Of a stretch of 17,400 nt of DNA, positions 10,088 to 17,400 are shown piece after piece. A program made the position numbers and the translations under genes. The notes under the pieces are model-generated. The model was given only the letters and a program-made list of their open reading frames with translations, was not told the origin of the DNA and ran no database searches. This stretch comes from Tubiluchus corallicola (lineage: Eukaryota; Animalia; Priapulida): positions 1 through 17,400 of the forward strand of contig JAQGDQ010002030.1 in NCBI GenBank assembly GCA_030141605.1. Direction: 5' to 3'. Every line of letters begins with the position of its first letter. Within the stretch, counting starts at the first letter, position 1.

Positions 10088-11599
10088 CGAACAATGAAGG
10101 AACCGACAATGGGAAAATGTCGTGATTATAATAATTATTATGATTTACTGTTATTCAAGTTAAATTTAGAAAACACACCAACAATGGTACAGTCAGTGCC
10201 TGCCGTTGGTGAATTGCCACAAACTACCGAAAACGGTCCAAATGTATCGTGTCGCCTAGGTATTTCTCAATACTACCATTGAGTCGGTAAATCTTCTTTC
10301 GAAGCTCGCTAATAGATGGCGCAACCAAGCAATCCTTTGTTACTGAACTTTTGATCTTTCCTTGTAACTTAGTAACATTGACCAAACCGATAGCTGGAGG
10401 GAATTCTGTGCGTTCTTTTTGTCATACATATTAAATGCTACATGCCAAATATCAGAAATTCCATGTTATTACTTACCCCAGTGTGACGGCATGATATCAA
10501 ATAATTAAAGGACAAGAAAAGGAGCACCTGAAGTAGATTTCAGAAAAATCACCTTAAAAAATTATATTACTTTGCAGCAATTTTATGCGTATACTGTACT
10601 CGCATTAAAAGGATTTTTAGTTTGTTTTCATTTTTTATCTTCCGCAATACTGTTCCGACAGCGCCAATACATGACGTCATATACGTACAAGGTAAGTCAG
10701 GGGAAGAAAAGGAAATGTTAAATTATGTTCCAACAAACTTTCCATGCAAAATTATATTACTAAGCATTTCGCTTATCTGCTGGAAAGACTTAGAAAACTA
10801 CAAGAGAAAATAGTCAATTATTTAACTAGAAATAACAATTTAAAATGTTCGTACCATTTTGTAAAAGAGGGTGCGCCATTCACTAACCAAAAACGTATTT
10901 TTAATCTTATTGACAAGACACAGTAATTTAAAATTTTACTTAGTTAGCAACATGTATGCTACGAATGCTCTGATTATTTTTTCAAACTTTACTCAATGTT
11001 ATCTAAACTTGTTTCAAACGAACAACCATTAAAATGCCTGCGCCTAACGGTCATCGCGGGAGTTTAAATTTACATGTCTTATTCAGCGTTACTGTTGACG
11101 CAAGCCTAGTATGTAAAAAGACAGCATGTAAATAGTATAAAATTTCAAGAATTTTTTAAGCTTAATGTAAGTGGAGAGTTTTCTTGTGCTTTAAAATTAT
11201 CATGTCCAAAATTCAGACAGTTCTGATAGTTCACGTGTAAGTTACCACTCTAGCGTATCAGTTGCTTGGTGTTAATGATGTTTATCAATGGAGCATGCAA
11301 AACCAGTGTAATTATAGTATCTACGAATGTAACATTTTGTAGTTATATAAATGTAAATCATAATGTTTTATACATAATTTTAGCTATATTTTATGTACGA
11401 CGAAAAAATAGTAGATATTTTATGTCAAATTTGCATGGCTCAACTGATCGATAACATTCCAGGATTGTTAAACTACAAATTAGAAGCTGCCAAGAATCAA
11501 GAATGCCAAGTTTGCCAGAATGTACTGTTCTGAGACAGTCCTAAACTTTCTCTTGACTTAAATATCGAAATCAGAGATTAAAAGAACTGAGAAAAATTA

Positions 11600-11850
11600 C
11601 GAAGTTAAAATCATGCCAAACGTTTCGACGTAATTATTGCTGTCATCATCAGTGGTAATTTTTTACAAACATACAACCAGTTTATATAGGCAGAGCCTAC
11701 AGTATAGAACATTATGCACTAATTATGTATTTAACAGAAGCCAAATAGGTAATGATTAAGCAGATCAGTAGAAAAAAATTGATACAGTAACAAATAGCTA
11801 AGTGTTTGAAAAAAGTTAAAATGAATTGAACTTAATTGTACATTAAGAGA
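11600..11850 (-). mobile_element. Remnant 3' end / pseudo-LTR of a Penelope-like retroelement
   Basis: Hammerhead core preceded by TATATAAA (11681-11688). Further upstream, a short frame SLNVQLSSIHFNFF resembles the PxLNxQ end of Penelope GIY-YIG endonucleases. Boundaries approximate. Confidence 0.5.
11616..11655 (-). ncRNA. Minimal type I hammerhead ribozyme of the Penelope-like element type
   Basis: Minus strand reads CCA-CTGATGA-T-GAC-(12 nt)-GTC-GAAA-CGTT-TGG: core CUGANGA and GAAA, stem II GAC/GUC, palindromic ACGU stem III, stem I CCA/UGG. Confidence 0.7.
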
Positions 11851-12853
11851 ATTTAATATAATACATTTATATTATCAAAGCAAATATAAGAGAAACACAA
11901 ACAGCATGAGAACGAATGCCACCATTTGTTTGTTCTAACATTGTCATTGTTTTCATATTTTATGTTTTCTTTTGACTTCTTTTCTACTGTTTTCTTTCTA
12001 CTAACTGCAACATTGCTCTTCTTTATTCTTCTCTTCTCTTCTCTCGTCTTCATTCTTTATTATTTATTTCACATTTCATGGCGACTTAACAAGATCCCCC
12101 TTTTAGCTACCATGCAGTAAACTTCAACACTTTTATATAATATTTCTAGGGAGTCTTAAATTATTTTATTTTTTGTTTTTTTAAATACAAAAAGTTGTAC
12201 ACGTATATTTGTACTATTGTAGTTTGCTGGTGAAATAAAGTGAATTTGAATTTTAAAAACCATTTGCAACGATATGCGAATCGCATTTAGCTACGGAAAA
12301 CCACATGGTATAAATACAGCTGTCACGCAGGTAATACAATAATGGTCTTTTACCAGTGATTACTATTGTGCTTTTTATGAAAGTCTTCCGCTTTACTATG
12401 ACGCATGCGCACTTGTGGCTTTTTTAGCATTAACGTGAGTAATCCGAGAAAGGTTAGTTTAAAGATCACAAGAGAATGAACAAGGTCATGGTTGATGTAA
12501 CCCTAATTACTTTCACTTCTTCTGTTCCTGTTGCTACGCCCTCTTGTGCCAATAACCCTAACTAAACTGATCACCTGTCTGTATCCTCTTCTGGATAGTA
12601 TTAAAGCACTTCTAGTAGTCAAACCAGATTATTTTTCTTAAGAAAGCTAGTTGAAGTTGTATCACACGACTGTTGGTCATTGCTCTGTATCTATTGTAGC
12701 TATTGTTGCATCGTGTTGCAATATTCAGTGTGTTTAACTGGTGAAACTTTCACTTTTACTGAATCACACTAGTCTGGGAAAGTTTTGCAAGAAAAAATGC
12801 CTTCAAGTAGCGCCAACTGAACGTGAAATCACCAAAAAAGAACAATTACAACA

Positions 12854-12995
12854 ATGCATTTCAACGTGTTAGAGATTGTCATTGTTTTTGGTATCATCGC
12901 CTGTGATAGTATTTTAGTCAGTGGGCAGTCGGGTCGGAATCGAACCCGTACATGTCCGTCCGGATTCCGGCGCGAAGGACTCCGGAATTGTATAG
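12854..12995 (+). CDS. First coding exon of a secreted protein/peptide (signal peptide + CPxG...C motif)
   Basis: ACAATG start. Translates as MHFNVLEIVIVFGIIACDSILVSG-QSGRNRTRTCPSGFRREGLRNCI. Ends at donor AG|GTAAAA (phase 1), followed by T-rich intron-like sequence. Too short for the ORF track. Confidence 0.7.
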
Positions 12996-13087
12996 GTAAA
13001 AATCGTTCTAGTTTTTTGCTTTTTTGTTAATTTTGTATTTATTCGATTGTTTGTTTGTCTAATTATTTATTTATTTAATATTTTCAG

Positions 13088-13164
13088 CACTGGTTGGCCA
13101 GCGTTTTGTAAAAATGCTAAAGGTTTTTATTAAAAGAATCTTGATAGAAAACTTCTGGGATTGA
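13088..13164 (+). CDS. Candidate second (terminal) exon of the small secreted-peptide gene
   Basis: 92-bp intron 12996-13087 with branch-like CTAAT (13059-13063) and acceptor tttaatattttcAG. Spliced frame adds ALVGQRFVKMLKVFIKRILIENFWD* (72 aa total). AATAAA at 13216-13221. Confidence 0.4.
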
Positions 13165-13752
13165 ACACATTAATTTTTGTTTTTTTCTATCTATATATTG
13201 TAATGAATTGGAAACAATAAACACGTTTTTTATTAATACTTTTGGCTCAAAATTTGTGCAACGTGTTAAGAATAATTATACATTAAGTTCGACATTTTCA
13301 TGTAAAATGAAACATAAAAAAATCACGTGAGCAAAAAAAACTCAAAATTTTTGATTTTTTTTTTATATTGTTTAGCTTGTTGTTTTTTTGGCTGTCAGTA
13401 GCTTGTTGTTTGTTTACTTTAGCTGTATACATGTGTCAAACATTGGTCAAACTTTATAGACCTATTCTAATTCACAATAATGATTTTTAGCGATTTGTTT
13501 AAGTTATTTTCCTCGCTTTATGAATTTATTTACTGTAAAAAATATATGTCGGTATGTAAGCAAAGAAACACTAGGCTTATTCTCTTCAACAATAAACTTT
13601 AAAAATAGTTGTCAATTAGAGCATCTAAAAGACATTAAGGTTAACAGTAACGTTACTCTAAACTACCTTCATACAATCGGAGCTTGGGGTGGGTGGGGGT
13701 AGAGTGGTGGGTGATTATCTGATGTCGTAGATGGCATGAAAGCTTAAATCAT

Positions 13753-14248
13753 GGTTGGCATCCTTCTGTCTCGGAAGACAATGGAGTGTGCGCTAAAAGA
13801 GTCAGTTATTGATCACATTGATGGAGCTGCAGCGTCGACTGTGGCTGAGCAGTGCGATCCTTGAACGTCTCCAGGGTGCATGCCTGGGCAAGGTGTGTGG
13901 AGATCCTGAGTTGCCCAGACAACAGGAACCCCCTCTCTTCCTCGCTGGTGTAGTCCAAAGGAAATCGGAGCGATACGTTTGGCACCAGGAGTCAGTGAGC
14001 ATGCTGCACTGGTCCACCTTCGGGACTCCACTCCTGATTTGGAAGGTCTACTCCTCTACACATGGCCGTTGGGTCACTTGACCTCCTCTGCCCTCTAGCC
14101 GTTGGCTGCTTGTGCAGCTCCTCCGCCTAGTGTCGAGATACAGTGTGGGCATCTCGCAAGCCTACAGCACCAGGTATTCCTAGGCGGTCACCCATCCAAG
14201 TACTAACCAGGCTCTACGTTGCTTAACAACGTGTTTTCAACGTGATTT
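13753..14248 (-). mobile_element. 5S rRNA-derived SINE (SINE3-type) with GC-rich body and probable RTE-type tail
   Basis: 5S head at 14158-14244 joined to a GC-rich body of about 400 bp. Flanked by TGAAAGCTTAAA(T/G)CAT at 13737-13752 and 14249-14264 (15/16 identical TSD). The 3' end CCATTGTCTTCCGAGACAGAAGGATGCCAAC resembles RTE LINE 3' ends (from recall, not searched). Confidence 0.8.
14158..14244 (-). pseudogene. 5S rRNA: 5S rRNA-derived sequence, 5'-truncated with an internal deletion
   Basis: Reverse complement of 14158-14227 is GTTAAGCAACGTAGAGCCTGGTTAGTACTTGGATGGGTGACCGCCTAGGAATACCTGGTGCTGTAGGCTT, the 3' 70 nt of metazoan 5S. CACGTTGAAAACAC (14231-14244) matches the 5' part. About 20 internal nt and the first ~14 nt are missing. 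Confidence 0.92.
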
Positions 14249-14499
14249 TGAAAGCTTAAAGCATATACAGCCAATAACAAGACAACCCATCATGTCTAAT
14301 TTCAGTGTCTTGACTACGGTGAAAAATTACTTATTGTCGCGTGGGGCGCTCTCATAACTTTAAATTTGTTCTTCAGCTTTCAGGACACATCCATTCCACT
14401 GTTCCAAATTTGCCCGTGAAGTCACCTCCGCTGTCCCCTATTTCCGAGTTATACATCTAATGAATTCATTTGGTGGAATCAGGTTTAACTCTTTTGTCG

Positions 14500-14880
14500 A
14501 TGATTAAACAAGGGCAAGTCACCCATCCTGTCTCTAATTTAGACAAGTTAAAGAATCCTAAAAGATCAATGCACCTGTAGTCATTAGCTGAGAAAAACTG
14601 AAACTTCAGGTTGATTAACTGCTTGTTGATACGCATCTACCTGTAAACTTCTGGGGTTTAAAGGAAAGGTCAACTTATTGTGCTAGGAAATTATCACAGT
14701 AGCTGAGGTACTGGATTACCCAGTTAGTAATGGTTAACTTGATTGGAGATCTACTACCCTAGGGGGATTGTCACTTTCACTTACATGCTTAATAAGTAAG
14801 GCAGCGTTGATACATTCTCAACTATGTCATTGACTCTGGTTCGACTGGTCCACTAATGATGCACATTCCTCTGTGTGGCA
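14500..14880 (-). mobile_element. Possible highly decayed CR1/L2 LINE ORF1 (esterase-like) remnant
   Basis: Broken minus-strand frames give TRVNDIVENV, then RINKQL...ANDYRCIDLLGFF and RQDG, in the order of SGNH-esterase ORF1 motifs (GARVxDI ... FIDNW ... DGxH). Many stops and frameshifts. Confidence 0.3.
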
Positions 14881-15036
14881 ACAGGCAAAAATACTTTGTA
14901 GCGAGACAAATAGATTGAATTTACCTGCTTGTCATAAAATTCACAAGTTGTTAAACAGGTAACCATTGCGAGCGGAGGCGTAAGGCAGACAGACAGTCAA
15001 GTTTCTCTGGAGGCACTCGGGAAAACAGCCAGCAGT

Positions 15037-15283
15037 CAGGTAAACAAGTAGCATTCAGGTAAACAAGCTGCATTCAGGCTAACAGACAGCATTCAGGTAA
15101 ACAAGTAGCATTCAGGTAAACAGGCAGCAATCAGGTAAACAAGTAGCATTCAGGTAAACAGGCAGCAATCAGGTAAACAAGTAGCATTCAGGTAAACAGG
15201 CAACTTTCAAGTAAGCAAGTAGCCCTCAGGTGAACAGACAGCATTCAGGCTAACAGGCAGCATTCAGGTAAACAAGTAGCATT
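15037..15283. repeat. 13 x 19-bp tandem repeat
   Basis: Unit CAGGTAAACAAGTAGCATT alternating with CAGGTAAACAGGCAGCAAT variants. Confidence 0.95.
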
Positions 15284-15522
15284 CACGCACAGAGATTGAT
15301 CTTTCCCTTACACGACGGCAGCCAGACCAGAAGCAGAAACCATTGTTCTTAACAGCAACAGTAAACCGAACTGAATTGAAAACGATCCAACAAACGGAAC
15401 AGCGCTTCAACAATCTAGGCTCAGTGTTCGGTATTTTCAACTACTCGCACGTTGCAATATGCTAAATTAATTCAAAACTTGTTGTGAGGTCTTAAAACCC
15501 CAGGAATAAATTATGCGTCATT

Positions 15523-15668
15523 GTCGCCATCGTCATCATCATCACCGTCAACATCACCATCATCATATTCTGAGTTGACATAACAATTTAGCGATTCTTA
15601 TTATAATTACTATTGCTGTGAAATTATCTTCAAAATAGTTAACATCATCATCATCATCATCATCATCA
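15523..15668. repeat. Two (CAT)n trinucleotide tracts
   Basis: Degenerate CAT/CGT/CAC tract at about 15523-15566; pure CAT run at about 15643-15668. Confidence 0.8.
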
Positions 15669-15756
15669 CAGGTAACGTTCTAACAGTTGCCACTAAGAGG
15701 AGCACCATCGCTTATCATTATTTTTTGTCGTTGGCGCCATTGTCTTTATACTGTTA

Positions 15757-16359
15757 GGAGCTAAGAGAGGTTTATATGACATCTCGCGTACAAACAGTTT
15801 GAGTGCTGGAATTCATTACTAGTTTGTTGGAGATCATTTTTTGGTCACTCTTAAGTTTTCTTATTGGAGCCGTTTTTACAGGGCGCCCCCAAAGTAACGA
15901 CGTTTCAATCTGAGCGCATTTTGAACAAATCAATAATGCTTTGATCCTCCTTACTAAAGAGTCTTTACTCCTTACTGAATAAGGGTCACTGGCTCTTAAA
16001 TGATGAATATGACCATGTAGATCACGTATTGTTCATCTTTAAGTTTTCAAGTTGGTGTATTATACACGGGCGCCCCTAAAGTACTCCAAAAACAGTTTAA
16101 AGCACAATTTATTGTGTTTGTGGTCCTATATAATGCATCAACTGAATGATCCTTATTCAGTAAGAAATAAAGGCTCCTTAGTAAGAAGGACAACGTTTTA
16201 TTGATTCGCTCAAAATGTGCACAGATTGAAACGGGGCTACTTTAGGGGCGCCCTGTAAAAACGGCTCCAATAATAAAACTCAGGAGTGACCAATAGTGAT
16301 CTCCAAAAGACTAGTAACGTGTATAATGTATAGATGTCATATAAACTTCTCTCAACTCC
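15757..16359. mobile_element. Long-TIR (foldback-like) MITE
   Basis: About 15757-15990 is an imperfect inverted copy of about 16147-16359 (e.g. TTATTGGAGCCGTTTTTACAGGGCGCCCC vs GGGGCGCCCTGTAAAAACGGCTCCAATAA; GTTTATATGACATCT vs AGATGTCATATAAAC). No clear TSD. Confidence 0.85.
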
Positions 16360-16474
16360 CGGGCTTTTGTATCTTTATAATATCTAGCTATTATGCAAAA
16401 TGGTACCAGTTTCATATAGTTTTAATAATTTAGCTTTTTGGGTAAGCAAGATCTTATAGACGTTTGAAACAAAG

Positions 16475-16903
16475 CAGGGGCGGAACTAGGGGCGGAACTA
16501 CGTGGGGGCGCCCCCTGTGAAAATTTCAGCTCCCGTGCCAAAATCGGACAAATAATTTTTTTGCAGTGAAAATTGCAGTTCGCATGTAATCATTTTCAAT
16601 ATGAATTAGAATTAGGTAAAAAAATGTTTGGTAGCTTCAGTGTATTATTTTCTTAAAACTTGTGTGGGATAAATTTCTGTAAATAACAATTTAGTTAGAG
16701 ACACATTAATAACGTTAGGTTAACTGAGAGTTAATTTTCTCATTATTGCTTTGTTCGCTACGCCGTCCTACACACATGCTAATTATAGGCCTGCATGCAG
16801 TATAAAAGGGGTTAAAATTGGCTTAACCATTATTTAACCACTTCGGATACCTCGCCCCCCCCCCTAGGAAAACCCCTGCTTGCCACATCTAGTTCCGGCC
16901 CTG
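16475..16903. mobile_element. hAT-type MITE with a perfect 8-bp TSD
   Basis: TIRs CAGGGGCGGAACTAG and CTAGTTCCGGCCCTG (14/15). TSD AAACAAAG at 16467-16474 and 16904-16911. Confidence 0.92.
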
Positions 16904-17400
16904 AAACAAAGTATATTGCATGTGGATTATAACCCAAGCAAAATTTGCTTACATTAGTTTAGCAGAGTAAACATGGCTAAAATTATTACTTTAATAAAAA
17001 TAAAGACGAGTTTGGTACTTTTGTTTGTACAGCTAAACATTTCCGCATTTTGGTCAGACCAGTCACCCACTTTCTCCACAAAATTTCTCACTTTCGCTGA
17101 AAACAAAACACCCCTATTCATCCCCTTCGAGTGCCCCAATTCCCAGAACCCGTCTGAGAGTTTGGAACACCTAGCGAAGTGTTTTCCAAGAGCCGGGAAC
17201 GAGGTTCTGTTAATCCGAAAGCAAAAGTTTGTTGAACCGGATTTTAGCATCAGCAAACTTAGTACAGCCGACGAACATTGAATAATGCAGTTTGAATAAA
17301 TGACTACAAATTTTCATGTAGCAAGATGATTAGTTATAATTATACATAGAAATTTGACTGTCCAAAGTGATCACCTGCGCTTAGTCAACTTATATTTAGC

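Noticed and set aside
13802-14081. Three short ORFs in the GC-rich block
   Set aside because: They lie in the SINE body and encode nothing recognisable.
14158-14244. Functional 5S rRNA gene
   Set aside because: 5' end and an internal segment are missing, there is no terminator, and it is embedded in a TSD-flanked element.

Overview
AT-rich, repeat-rich eukaryotic DNA, most consistent with a marine invertebrate genome (not prokaryotic). The main feature is a giant minus-strand exon (4756-2312, coding from ATG 4670). It encodes an N-terminal membrane anchor followed by a long acidic disordered region with about 28 TQT/TQW-type motifs, the signature of dynein light chain LC8 (DYNLL) binding. 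The 791-aa ORF end is probably read-through into an intron, because a perfect GTAAGT donor lies at 2311. A plus-strand exon missed by the ORF track (12854-12995) encodes a signal peptide plus a CPxG...C motif. The rest is repeats: a 5S-rRNA-headed SINE with a 16-bp target-site duplication (TSD), a Penelope-like end with a minimal hammerhead ribozyme, two hAT-type MITEs, a long-TIR foldback element, a 36-to-37-bp switching minisatellite, 48-bp and 19-bp arrays, and microsatellites. The long repetitive ORFs over these arrays are judged non-coding.
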